From positions 1-46,501 of the forward strand of contig JACRFW010000027.1 in assembly GCA_016234265.1 (NCBI GenBank): a DNA stretch of 46,501 bases, given 5' to 3'. The DNA is from Candidatus Magasanikiibacteriota bacterium (lineage in GTDB: Bacteria; Patescibacteriota; Patescibacteriia; Magasanikbacterales; GWA2-37-8). The notes below the pieces were generated by a model that made no database searches, was not told the DNA's origin, and saw only the letters and a list, made by a program, of their open reading frames with translations. Both the position numbers and the translations under genes were made by a program. Every line of letters begins with the position of its first letter. The stretch's first letter is position 1. Shown here one piece after another: positions 37,315 to 46,275 of the stretch.

Positions 37315-38733
37315 ATGAAAAAAACCACTCAAAATTTTAAGACTCTGACCGCTGAAAAGCGCGAGCTTTACGACGGCCACAATAAAGAACAAACACGTTT
37401 TAAGGCTACTCCTGGCATCACTGAAAAATTGGTGCGCGAGATAAGCAAGCAAAAAAACGAGCCGGAGTGGATGCGGAAAATTCGGCTTCAAGGATTAGAT
37501 TTCTTCCGGAAAACCCCCCTCCCCGCCTGGGGGCCTGACTTGTCAAAACTTAATTTTGACAAGCTGGTTTATTTTGTTCGCCCGGATACGCAGGAAACGA
37601 CCTCGTGGGAAGACGTGCCAGCGGATATTAAAAAAACGTTTGATAGACTTGGTATCCCCGAAGCCGAAAAGAAAGCTTTGGCGGGCGTGGGTGCGCAATA
37701 CGACTCGGATATTGTCTACCACAACCTGAAGGCCGCTTGGGAAAAGCAAGGCGTGATTTTTGAAAACATGGACGTGGCGGTGCAAAAGTACCCGGAACTC
37801 GTCAAAAAATATTTCATGACCCAGTGCGTGCCGATCAACGACCACAAATTTGTGATGTTGCACGCCGCGGTCTGGAGCGGCGGCACCTTTATCTATGTGC
37901 CGAAAAATATCACCATTGACCTGCCGCTCCAAGCCTACTTCCGCATGAACGCCAAGTCCAGTGGACAATTTGAGCATACGCTCATAATCACCGATGAGGG
38001 CTCAAGCGTGCACTATATTGAAGGCTGCAGCGCCCCCCGCTATGGCACCAGCTCACTCCATGCCGGGTGCGTGGAAGTTTTCGTGCACAAAGGGGCGCGG
38101 GTGCGCTACTCGTCTATTGAGAACTGGTCCAAAGACACGTATAATTTGAATACCAAACGCTCGCTCGTGGACGAGGACGCGACGATGGAGTGGGTCAACG
38201 GCAATATGGGAAGCGGCGTCACCATGCTCTACCCGTCGTCCATCTTGCGCGGTCGCGGCGCGCGCTCGGACTCTTTGGGCATTGCGTTTGCGGGCCCCGG
38301 CCAAAACCAGGACACGGGTGCGAAAGCCATTCATGCCGCGCCAAACACTAGCTCGCATATTGTCTCAAAATCTATTTCGGTGAACGGAGGCATCAACACA
38401 TTCCGGGGTCTGATTAAAATTATGCCGATCGCGGAAAACGTCAACGCCTCCATGGTGTGCGATGCGTTGCTTATCGGAAAAAAATCAGTGGCGAACACGA
38501 TTCCGGAATTGAAAATCAAAAATGAACAAGTGAACGTGGCGCACGAAGCCCGTGTAGGTAAGATCGGCGAAGAAGAAATTTTCTTTTTGCAGTCGCGCGG
38601 ATTTAGTGAAACTGAAGCGACGCGTTTGGTCGTGTCCGGCTTTATTGAGCCCATCATCAAAGCCATGCCGGTGGAGTACGCGCTGGAATTGAATAAATTG
38701 ATTGAGATGGAAATGGAAGGGGCGGTTGGATAA
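37315..38733 (+). CDS. sufB: Fe-S cluster assembly protein SufB
   Basis: The SufB/SufD beta-helix core is conserved throughout. The start was trimmed to MKKTTQNF. Confidence 0.92.
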   Translation: MKKTTQNFKTLTAEKRELYDGHNKEQTRFKATPGITEKLVREISKQKNEPEWMRKIRLQGLDFFRKTPLPAWGPDLSKLNFDKLVYFVRPDTQETTSWEDVPADIKKTFDRLGIPEAEKKALAGVGAQYDSDIVYHNLKAAWEKQGVIFENMDVAVQKYPELVKKYFMTQCVPINDHKFVMLHAAVWSGGTFIYVPKNITIDLPLQAYFRMNAKSSGQFEHTLIITDEGSSVHYIEGCSAPRYGTSSLHAGCVEVFVHKGARVRYSSIENWSKDTYNLNTKRSLVDEDATMEWVNGNMGSGVTMLYPSSILRGRGARSDSLGIAFAGPGQNQDTGAKAIHAAPNTSSHIVSKSISVNGGINTFRGLIKIMPIAENVNASMVCDALLIGKKSVANTIPELKIKNEQVNVAHEARVGKIGEEEIFFLQSRGFSETEATRLVVSGFIEPIIKAMPVEYALELNKLIEMEMEGAVG

Positions 38734-38738
38734 AAACT

Positions 38739-39971
38739 ATGCAAAACATCAAAAAACAATTCCCTATTTTTTCCCGCCCCGAGGCGGGATCCCGCTACGG
38801 CGGGACAAACCACCCTAACATGATCTATCTTGATAGCGCCGCGACGACGCAAACGCCGAGTGTGGTGATTGACGCGATGAACGATTACTACACAAAAACC
38901 CGCTCCAATGTTCATCGGGGAATTTATGATTTGAGCGAACAGGCTACTGCCGCCTACGAAGCCGCCCGCGCGAGCATCGCCAAGTTTCTCAACGCCGAGC
39001 GCGAAGAAATTATTTTTACTTCCGGCACCACACATGGGCTAAATCTGCTTGCCTATTCCCTGACCCCCAAACTCTCGCACCGCGACAATGTGGTGCTCAC
39101 GCGCCTGGAGCACCACGCCAACCTGGTGCCGTGGCAACAGATGGCCAAGCACTATGGCTTTACTATTCGCTACATTGAATTAACACCTGAAGACGAGCTT
39201 GATCTGGCCTCGGCTGAAAAAGTGATTGACGCCAACACCAAAATCGTGAGCTTTGCGCTGGTATCAAATGTGCTTGGCACGGTGGCTCAGGCGAAAAAAA
39301 TTAGTGAGTTCGCCCACGCCCGCCGGGCGCTCACAATTGTGGACGCCGCTCAAGCGGTGGCACACTTGCCAATTGACGTAGAAAATCTTGATTGTGACTT
39401 TCTCGTCTTTTCCGGCCACAAACTCTATGGCCCGACCGGCATTGGCGTGCTCTATAGTAAAAAAGCGCTTTTGGAAGAATCGCTGGAGCCATTTTTCTTT
39501 GGCGGAGATATGATCAAGAGTGTTTCGTATACCGATGCCACATGGGCGGAGTTGCCAGAGCGTTTTGAGGCTGGCACCCAAAATATCTCTGGCGTCATCG
39601 GCCTCGGCGCGGCTGTGGAGTGGCTCGCGAGCCTCGGCTGGGACAAAATTGTGGCGCATGAACGAGAGATGATGGCCTACGCTTTAGATAAATTAAAAAA
39701 TGAGGTCACGATAATTGGTCCAGCCATCGGCCACATTCACCGCGTTGGCGTCATTGCTTTTACAATTCCCAGCATTCATCCGCACGACATCGCCGAAATA
39801 TTGAACCAGGACAACATTTGTATCCGCGTCGGTTTTCACTGCGCCGAACCGCTCCATCGTCACCTCGGAGCCGGGCCAACCGCTCGGGCATCGTTTGGAG
39901 TGTACACGACCAAAGAAGATATTGATAAATTGGTGAAAGGAATTGAAAAAGTGAAAAAAATATTTGCCTAA
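38739..39971 (+). CDS. sufS: Cysteine desulfurase SufS (class II aminotransferase V)
   Basis: PLP-binding SGHKLYGPTGIGVLY and the catalytic-Cys loop GFHCAEP. Confidence 0.93.
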   Translation: MQNIKKQFPIFSRPEAGSRYGGTNHPNMIYLDSAATTQTPSVVIDAMNDYYTKTRSNVHRGIYDLSEQATAAYEAARASIAKFLNAEREEIIFTSGTTHGLNLLAYSLTPKLSHRDNVVLTRLEHHANLVPWQQMAKHYGFTIRYIELTPEDELDLASAEKVIDANTKIVSFALVSNVLGTVAQAKKISEFAHARRALTIVDAAQAVAHLPIDVENLDCDFLVFSGHKLYGPTGIGVLYSKKALLEESLEPFFFGGDMIKSVSYTDATWAELPERFEAGTQNISGVIGLGAAVEWLASLGWDKIVAHEREMMAYALDKLKNEVTIIGPAIGHIHRVGVIAFTIPSIHPHDIAEILNQDNICIRVGFHCAEPLHRHLGAGPTARASFGVYTTKEDIDKLVKGIEKVKKIFA

Positions 39972-40335
39972 TATGTCTGGCACTCTGTACCACGAAGCAC
40001 TATTGGAGATCTACAAGCACCCCCTGAACAAGCAGGTGCCGTCTGATTTTTCTATTCAGCACAAAGAAATTAACTCTACCTGCGGTGACGAGGTAGAAAT
40101 TTTTATAAAACTGGAAAATGACCGCGTAGCAACAATTGGCTGGCAGGGTTCGGGCTGCGCTATTTCCCAAGCCAGCGCCTCGCTCACCACTGACGCCGTG
40201 AAAGGAAAAACCGCGGCTGTAATAAAAACGCTGACTCCAGAATCTGTGCTACACCTGCTTGGTCTCCCGAAATTGAACCCGACGCGCTTACGCTGTGCGC
40301 TCCTCGCTCTTGAAGCCTTAAAGAAAGCGCTGTAG
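39964..40335 (+). CDS. sufU: SufU/IscU-like sulfur acceptor (NifU N-terminal fold)
   Basis: Conserved CGD...GCAIS pattern. Confidence 0.85.
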   Translation: MPNMSGTLYHEALLEIYKHPLNKQVPSDFSIQHKEINSTCGDEVEIFIKLENDRVATIGWQGSGCAISQASASLTTDAVKGKTAAVIKTLTPESVLHLLGLPKLNPTRLRCALLALEALKKAL

Positions 40336-40338
40336 ACT

Positions 40339-41070
40339 ATGTCCCTGGAACTAAAAAATCTACACATCAACGTTGAAAAAAAGGAGATCGTGCGCGGTCT
40401 CTCACTTATTGTGCTCCCGGGCGAGGTGCATGTGATCATGGGGCCGAATGGCAGCGGCAAGTCTACGTTCGCGAATACACTCCTCGGCCACCCGAAATAT
40501 ACCATCACGAAGGGTATGATCGAATTAAACAAATTGAATATAACGAAATTGCCCCCCGAAGAACGAGCTAAGCATGGACTTTTTCTCGCTATGCAACATA
40601 CACCAGAGATCCCGGGTGTGAGTGTGGCCAACTTTTTGCGCCTGGCCATTGCTGCCCGCACGGGCGAGCGCAAGAACCCAATCGCCTTCCGCAAGGATCT
40701 TCTGGAAATGCTGGCCAAAGTCGGCCTGGCGCCCGACTTTGCCGCTCGTTCACTGAACGCCGGCTTCTCCGGCGGTGAACGCAAGCGCTTGGAGATGTTG
40801 CAGCTGCTCACTTTTGAACCAGCCTACAGTATATTAGATGAAACGGACTCTGGACTGGACGTGGATGCGCTCAAAATTGTTGTTGCCACCATTCAGACAC
40901 TGAAAAAAAGGGGGAAGGGCTTTCTCGTCATCACCCACTACCCGCGCCTGCTCTCGCACCTGAAGGTTGATACCGTGCATATTATGGCTCAAGGGAAAAT
41001 TGTCAAAACCGGCGGAGCGGAGCTGGCCGCGGAAATTGAAAAAGAAGGGTTTAAAAAATATGAAGAATAA
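40339..41070 (+). CDS. sufC: Fe-S cluster assembly ATPase SufC
   Basis: Walker A GPNGSGKST, ABC signature FSGGERKRLEM, Walker B ILDETDSGLD. Confidence 0.93.
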   Translation: MSLELKNLHINVEKKEIVRGLSLIVLPGEVHVIMGPNGSGKSTFANTLLGHPKYTITKGMIELNKLNITKLPPEERAKHGLFLAMQHTPEIPGVSVANFLRLAIAARTGERKNPIAFRKDLLEMLAKVGLAPDFAARSLNAGFSGGERKRLEMLQLLTFEPAYSILDETDSGLDVDALKIVVATIQTLKKRGKGFLVITHYPRLLSHLKVDTVHIMAQGKIVKTGGAELAAEIEKEGFKKYEE

Positions 41071-41362
41071 AAAAGAAATAACAAAGGACCAAGTTATTGA
41101 GGTGCTCAAAACCGTGCTTGACCCGGAGGTACATTTGGATATCTGGACGATGGGTTTGATTTATAATATTGAAATAAAAGACAAGGGTGTTGATATTCTC
41201 ATGACCTACACTACTCCCTTTTGCCCGTGGGGGCCGCAGCTCAATGATGAATTGACAACAGCACTAAAAGAACAACTCGGTATTAAAAATGTTAATCTGA
41301 CGATCACCTTTGACCCGCCGTACACCATGCCGCCGGAAATGCGGGCGATGTTTGGGATATGA
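41060..41362 (+). CDS. DUF59/MIP18-family Fe-S assembly protein (SufT-like)
   Basis: About 100 aa carrying the conserved TPFCPWG motif. Its start overlaps the sufC stop (ATGAAGAATAA). Confidence 0.75.
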   Translation: MKNKKEITKDQVIEVLKTVLDPEVHLDIWTMGLIYNIEIKDKGVDILMTYTTPFCPWGPQLNDELTTALKEQLGIKNVNLTITFDPPYTMPPEMRAMFGI

Positions 41363-41405
41363 CGGCTTGTCAAAAAAAGCCCCTAACCACTATACTAGTC
41401 GCGCT

Positions 41406-41693
41406 ATGGAAGAAATAAAAATACCGGCTGACCTGCCGAAACAAATCTCACAAAAAATAAGAGACGGCGGGCATATCCGCCGCATTGCGGTTGACCGCGC
41501 CAAGTGTATCGGCGCGAACTCGTGTGTCGCGGTCGCGCCCGGCGTGTTTCAGCTTGACGAAGAAAACCTAGCCTACGTCGTTGACCCGGGCTCTACCGAC
41601 GACGATACTATCCTTATGGCCGCGCAGTCCTGCCCGGTGTTGGCGGTACTTTTGTACGATGAAAACGGAAAGAAAATCTTTCCGGAGGAGTAA
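41406..41693 (+). CDS. Small ferredoxin (single-cluster type)
   Basis: Cys pattern DRAKCIGANSCVAVAP...AAQSCPV. Confidence 0.75.
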   Translation: MEEIKIPADLPKQISQKIRDGGHIRRIAVDRAKCIGANSCVAVAPGVFQLDEENLAYVVDPGSTDDDTILMAAQSCPVLAVLLYDENGKKIFPEE

Positions 41694-42047
41694 CTAACCG
41701 CGGTATTCTTTATTATTACGCGACGCTATCTGGCGTCGCTTTTTTGTATTTTGAAGTTTTACCTTATGCTTTTTCAGTTCGCGCTCCAGTTGATCTTTGA
41801 GCAGATCAATGGCAGCATAGACGTCTTTGGCGGTTTTTTTGGCAAAAATATCGTTGCCAGAAATTTCTACTTTGCATTCAGCGTAGAATATCTTCCCTTT
41901 CAGATGGTGCTTGGTCTCCACACCCACCACCACCGTTGCCCGGATAATGCCCGGAGAAAATTTATCCAGACCATTTATTTTTCGGCTGACGTAATTTTCT
42001 ATCGCATCTGTCAAATCTACTCCTTTCCCAGAAATTATAATCTGCAT
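41694..42047 (-). CDS. hpf: Ribosome hibernation-promoting factor (HPF/RaiA short form)
   Basis: MQIIISGKGVDLTDAIENYV... is typical of the YfiA/HPF N-terminal domain. Confidence 0.88.
   Translation of the reverse strand: MQIIISGKGVDLTDAIENYVSRKINGLDKFSPGIIRATVVVGVETKHHLKGKIFYAECKVEISGNDIFAKKTAKDVYAAIDLLKDQLERELKKHKVKLQNTKKRRQIASRNNKEYRG
41720..41746 (+). terminator. Intrinsic terminator of the suf-ferredoxin operon (GCGACGC-TATCTG-GCGTCGC plus TTTTTT), embedded in the C-terminal codons of convergent hpf
   Basis: A 7-bp GC-rich stem followed by a T6 run. Confidence 0.7.
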
Positions 42048-42077
42048 AGAGGTCGGGGTACGAATTAAAAATTAAAA

Positions 42078-43016
42078 TTACTTAACTATTTGGACCTCCT
42101 CCTCCAGCTCAACTCCACTAGTATTATACACCTTGGCCTTTATCTCTTCAACTAGGGCCAAGACATCGGCCTGGGTGGCGTCTTTATGGTTAATAAGAAA
42201 ATTGCCGTGCTCACGGGATACCATGGCCCCGCCGACGGCTAGGCCTTTGAGGCCTGCTTGCTCCGTTATCCAACCGGCAGGCACGCGGCCGGCCTCTACA
42301 AACGCTGCCGGTAACTCTGACGTCGGGTGCGGCCAGTCTTTGAGCGGAATATTTTTAAAAAAACTGCCAGCGGACGGGTAGGACGGATAATGCCCAGCGC
42401 GTTTTTTGAGAATTTCCTGCATGACAGCCAGGCTCTCGCGCGGGTTGCCGGGAGAGAGCGTAAACCAGGCCGCGAGCACAACCGTGGTGGAGCGTTTGAA
42501 CATACTGTCCCGATAACCAAAAGCACAATCGTCTGGCGTGAGCTCAACGATTTCGCTGTCCTGCCAAATTTTTATTTTTGAAACCGAGTGAGCAATATCA
42601 CCACCCACCGCTCCGGCGTTGCCGCGCACGGCGCCGCCAACAGTGCCGGGCAAGCCTGTTGCCCACTCCAAACCGGTGAGCGACTGCTGAACCGCTTTGG
42701 TTACGACGGCGCCAAACGAGACTCCGGCTTCGGCCATAATCATGTTCCCGTCCACCGTCATTTTGTTGGTCTTCACGCGGATAACCACACCGCGGAGACC
42801 GTTGTCCGGCAGGAGCACGTTTGACCCACCACCGAGCAAAAAATAATCTACGCCTCGACCGGAGAGAAAATTAAGCAGGTCGGTGAACTTTTTTGTGTCT
42901 GTTACTTCAACATAACGATCGGCTGGGCCGCCGATTTTAAATGTCGTAAACTTAGCCAAAAATTTGCGTAGGCTAACATCACCAAATTGCTGTAATTCCT
43001 TATACAAACTGTCCAT
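42078..43016 (-). CDS. murB: UDP-N-acetylenolpyruvoylglucosamine reductase
   Basis: FAD-binding TFKIGGPADRYVEV...LLGGGSNVLL. Confidence 0.9.
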   Translation of the reverse strand: MDSLYKELQQFGDVSLRKFLAKFTTFKIGGPADRYVEVTDTKKFTDLLNFLSGRGVDYFLLGGGSNVLLPDNGLRGVVIRVKTNKMTVDGNMIMAEAGVSFGAVVTKAVQQSLTGLEWATGLPGTVGGAVRGNAGAVGGDIAHSVSKIKIWQDSEIVELTPDDCAFGYRDSMFKRSTTVVLAAWFTLSPGNPRESLAVMQEILKKRAGHYPSYPSAGSFFKNIPLKDWPHPTSELPAAFVEAGRVPAGWITEQAGLKGLAVGGAMVSREHGNFLINHKDATQADVLALVEEIKAKVYNTSGVELEEEVQIVK

Positions 43017-43026
43017 ACAAGTAACC

Positions 43027-43055
43027 TTGTCAAAATGAGATTTTTTTAGTATACT
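43027..43055 (+). promoter_or_regulatory. Sigma70 promoter (TTGTCA, 17 nt, TATACT) giving a near-leaderless ATP-grasp transcript
   Basis: cTTGTCAaaatgagatttttttagTATACTttgtcaatATG. Confidence 0.5.
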
Positions 43056-43063
43056 TTGTCAAT

Positions 43064-44377
43064 ATGACTGGCAATTCTTTAACCTTTCTTCGGGGGCCTG
43101 TAGTGTACGTCTGCCGGGACATGGAACGAGCCCTGGGCCTACCACTTTCCACACAGAATTACTTCATCATAACAAACTCCAGCGCTTTTGCGAAGAGTGT
43201 AGCCGCGAAGAACAGAAACATCCTCCTGATCGTTGAAAACGCGCCTCTGGATACGCGCGACCTCTTGGCTCACCCCAAAACAGCCGCGTGGCTGAATAGG
43301 TTGCCCAATCCAAAAATTTTGGTCTTTAAAAATACTACTCAAATAGAAAAACTGTGCCGAGATAAAGGGTGGCAGCTCCTGAACCCGCCCGCGGAACTGG
43401 CCAAACGAGTGGAGGAAAAGATTTCCCAGCTCACTTGGCTCGGCCCCCTCCAAAAATATTTACCGCCACATAAAGTTATGCTCTGCAAAGATCTGGAATG
43501 GTCCAAAAAAAAACTTGCCCGGCACCGAACCGGAGGTTCCGGTGCTGGGTATATCGTGCAATTCAACCATGCGCACACGGGGCTTGGCACCATACTCATC
43601 AATTCGGCTCAATCGCTGGTTGAACTGAAGAAAAAATTTCCTAAGCGCAGTGTCCGCGTCACGGATTTTGTCAGCGGGCCGGCATTGACCAACAACAACG
43701 TCGTGTGGGGAAAACACGTGCTGATTGGAAACATCAATTACCAAATAACTGGATTAGCACCATTCACTAAGAGCCCATTTACTACCGTTGGTAATGATTG
43801 GGCACTGCCGAAGCACCTTATGCAGAGTAAACAAATTAGGCGGTTTAAGCAGATAGCTACCAACGTCGGGAAAAAGCTAGCCAAAGACGGCTGGCGCGGA
43901 CTATTTGGCATTGATACTATTTTGGATGAAAAAACCGACAAGCTGTACCTCATTGAGATCAATGCGCGACAGCCAGCATCAACGACGTTTGAATCACAAT
44001 TACAAGAAAACAAAAAAACAATAAAGCAAAAAAATAACGCAACGACGTTTGAAGCGCATTTGGCGGCATTACTGGGCCTTCCTTACAAAAAACAAAAACT
44101 AATTGCCATAACAGACGGAGCGCAGATTATACAGAGAATACCGAATACCGAACAACAAATATTAAATACCGAATACCGAATACCGAATCACAAACGACTA
44201 GCAAAAAGAATTAACGGATTAAAAGATTGCAAGATTATTGAATACGAAAATACCACCCCGGGGAGTGACTGGCTACGCATTCAGAGTAAAGCGGGTATTA
44301 TGGCCGGGCATAACAAGTTTAATAAGTTGGGAAAAAATATTCAAAATGACACCTACTATGTTATCACCAAAAGCTGA
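43064..44377 (+). CDS. ATP-grasp domain protein (D-Ala-D-Ala ligase-like C-terminal fold) with a repeat-containing C-terminal extension
   Basis: Gly-rich TGGSGAGYIV and GLFGIDTILDEKTDKLYLIEINARQPAST (compare the Ddl region RVDF..edg..YlnEvNT.PG.T). The C-terminus contains a TTFE duplication and a heptanucleotide SSR. Confidence 0.75.
   Translation: MTGNSLTFLRGPVVYVCRDMERALGLPLSTQNYFIITNSSAFAKSVAAKNRNILLIVENAPLDTRDLLAHPKTAAWLNRLPNPKILVFKNTTQIEKLCRDKGWQLLNPPAELAKRVEEKISQLTWLGPLQKYLPPHKVMLCKDLEWSKKKLARHRTGGSGAGYIVQFNHAHTGLGTILINSAQSLVELKKKFPKRSVRVTDFVSGPALTNNNVVWGKHVLIGNINYQITGLAPFTKSPFTTVGNDWALPKHLMQSKQIRRFKQIATNVGKKLAKDGWRGLFGIDTILDEKTDKLYLIEINARQPASTTFESQLQENKKTIKQKNNATTFEAHLAALLGLPYKKQKLIAITDGAQIIQRIPNTEQQILNTEYRIPNHKRLAKRINGLKDCKIIEYENTTPGSDWLRIQSKAGIMAGHNKFNKLGKNIQNDTYYVITKS
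44138..44186 (+). repeat. Heptanucleotide tandem repeat (ATACCGA)2, 14 nt degenerate, then (ATACCGA)3, inside the ATP-grasp coding region
   Basis: Read directly from the sequence. It encodes ...RIPNTEQQILNTEYRIPNH. Confidence 0.85.
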
Positions 44378-45164
44378 ACAAGTTATCCACGATTATCTCA
44401 ACCTTCCTTTCAAGGGAATCCCGGGCGCGCGAGCCCCCTATTTTAACAATGCCCGGCAAAGAGAGCGCGGGCAGCTGCGTGTACTCGTGGGCAAAGGCAC
44501 CCCCCAAGAAATTGTGGAAGAAGCAAAAATCATTTCCATCCAATACCACGCCGGCCTGTTTGATAAACAGGGTGACTGTTGCCTGCACAATGCCCATACC
44601 GGCAAACCGGTGACCCCCGACGACCTGCGCCGGTTCCTCATTGACCATAGTTTAGGCATTGAATGCTCAGGATTTGTCACCCAGGTGCTCCGAGCTCATT
44701 ACCGGGAAACGAAGGGCTTTGACTTTGTGAAAAAAATTACCGCCACTCCTCGGGCCGAAATTGTCCGTCGCCTGATTGCCTGGCTTCGGCCGGTGGAAAA
44801 TATCAATGTTGCCACCTACGCGAATGATGAGAACAGCACGCTCGTTCGAGGCTATGAGGAAATCAAGCCGGGCGACCTTGTTATCATGCTCAAGACGGGG
44901 CCACGCCAGGAACACGACCATATTCTGCTGATAACAGACGTACAGGGGAAAACGATTCACTACGCCCAGGCCCGGGCCTGGAGCCGCGAGGGAAAATACG
45001 ACCACGGCGTGGCGCGCGGCACCATTTCTATTACCCACCCCACCGAGAGCCTCTTGAAACAGGATTGGCAAGAATTGGGATACAATGGGGATGGTAATGA
45101 GACCTACATTGAAGCGAAACAGGCCAACACCCTGTGCATCAAACGATTACGCCTCAACACATGA
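44346..45164 (+). CDS. Cytoplasmic NlpC/P60-family cysteine peptidase/amidase
   Basis: Nucleophile motif ECSGFV, then PGDLVIML...EHDHILLITDV...TIHYAQA (His/His). There is no signal peptide. Its start overlaps the ATP-grasp 3' end. Confidence 0.75.
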   Translation: MTPTMLSPKAEQVIHDYLNLPFKGIPGARAPYFNNARQRERGQLRVLVGKGTPQEIVEEAKIISIQYHAGLFDKQGDCCLHNAHTGKPVTPDDLRRFLIDHSLGIECSGFVTQVLRAHYRETKGFDFVKKITATPRAEIVRRLIAWLRPVENINVATYANDENSTLVRGYEEIKPGDLVIMLKTGPRQEHDHILLITDVQGKTIHYAQARAWSREGKYDHGVARGTISITHPTESLLKQDWQELGYNGDGNETYIEAKQANTLCIKRLRLNT

Positions 45165-46273
45165 ACTTCCAACCGCTCCAACAATCACTCGTCTACTTGA
45201 TCGGATCAACAATCGCCGCTTTTTTGTGGGCACCGCTCCTCACGAAGTTTTTATATAAATATAACATCACCCGCCGGGGTGAGTTTGACCCGACGTTGCA
45301 GGGAGAGCGCCGGCATAAAGCCGGCACCCCCACCATGGGCGGGCTTTTGGTTATCGTGACGGTCACTGTCATTACCGTACTTTTCAATTGGCAACGTCGC
45401 TACACCTATGTACCGATTGGCGCTATGGGCATTGCGGCGCTCTTGGGGGCGGCGGACGATCTCTTGAATATCTTCGGCACCAAACGCCGCTTGCGCAATG
45501 TGCGCCACACCATCATCCTCATGAAAGTGCACAAACGTTGGTATATGAAACTGTGGTACGCGCTTACCATTCCCTGGATAGGGTTTCGTGATTTGGTAAG
45601 TATGTTTGGGTCTAAACAAGGGCGGGGCATTCAGGTACATGAAAAATTACTACTCCAATTTGGAGCGGGAGCGGTGACGGCCTGGTGGGTGTACGTGAAG
45701 CTCGGCGCCAGCTGGCAGACGATCAACTTTCCTTTTGACGGCAGTCTATACTTGGGGTGGTTTATCATTCCGGTGATTATTTTCTTTGTGATGTTTACGG
45801 CCAACGCGGTGAATGTGGCCGATGGCATGGACGGCCTGGCGGGCGGGTCGCTCATCGCGGCTTTCCTTGGCCTCACGGTCGTGAGCTGGGTGGAGGGACG
45901 CACGGCCTTTGCCCCACTGAACGCGACGGTGGTCGGGGCGCTCCTCGCCTACACCTACTTTAACGTCAAACCGGCCCGCTTCCAGATGGGGGACGTTGGC
46001 TCCCTTGGTCTCGGCACGCTGCTCGCTATCAACGCTATCGCTCTCAACAAAACATTGCTTATCCCCTTCTTCGGTTTTATTTTTTATGTGGAAATATTTT
46101 CCGTTATCCTGCAAGTTTTGAGCCGCCGCTTGTTTGGCCGACGGCTGTTCAAAATGTCCCCGCTGCACCATCACTTTGAAATTATGGGCTGGAACGAAGA
46201 AAAAGTCGTGATGCGTTTCTGGATTATTCAGGCTTTTATGGTGATGGTCGGCGTGTGGCTGGCGCTAAATTAA
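45161..46273 (+). CDS. mraY: Phospho-N-acetylmuramoyl-pentapeptide transferase
   Basis: NAVNVADGMDGLAGG and a multi-TM topology. Its start overlaps the preceding stop (ATGA). Confidence 0.93.
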   Translation: MNFQPLQQSLVYLIGSTIAAFLWAPLLTKFLYKYNITRRGEFDPTLQGERRHKAGTPTMGGLLVIVTVTVITVLFNWQRRYTYVPIGAMGIAALLGAADDLLNIFGTKRRLRNVRHTIILMKVHKRWYMKLWYALTIPWIGFRDLVSMFGSKQGRGIQVHEKLLLQFGAGAVTAWWVYVKLGASWQTINFPFDGSLYLGWFIIPVIIFFVMFTANAVNVADGMDGLAGGSLIAAFLGLTVVSWVEGRTAFAPLNATVVGALLAYTYFNVKPARFQMGDVGSLGLGTLLAINAIALNKTLLIPFFGFIFYVEIFSVILQVLSRRLFGRRLFKMSPLHHHFEIMGWNEEKVVMRFWIIQAFMVMVGVWLALN

Positions 46274-46275
46274 AC

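Noticed and set aside
40056-40811. 251-aa minus-strand ORF
   Set aside because: It is antisense to sufU and sufC, which carry unmistakable Walker/ABC motifs, so this is a shadow ORF.
44138-44346. Idea that a one-unit change in the 7-nt repeat would fuse the ATP-grasp and NlpC/P60 ORFs into a GspSA-like bifunctional protein
   Set aside because: The frame that leads into the NlpC/P60 ORF has stops at about 44199 and 44220, between the repeat and the NlpC start, so no single-unit slippage yields a fusion.
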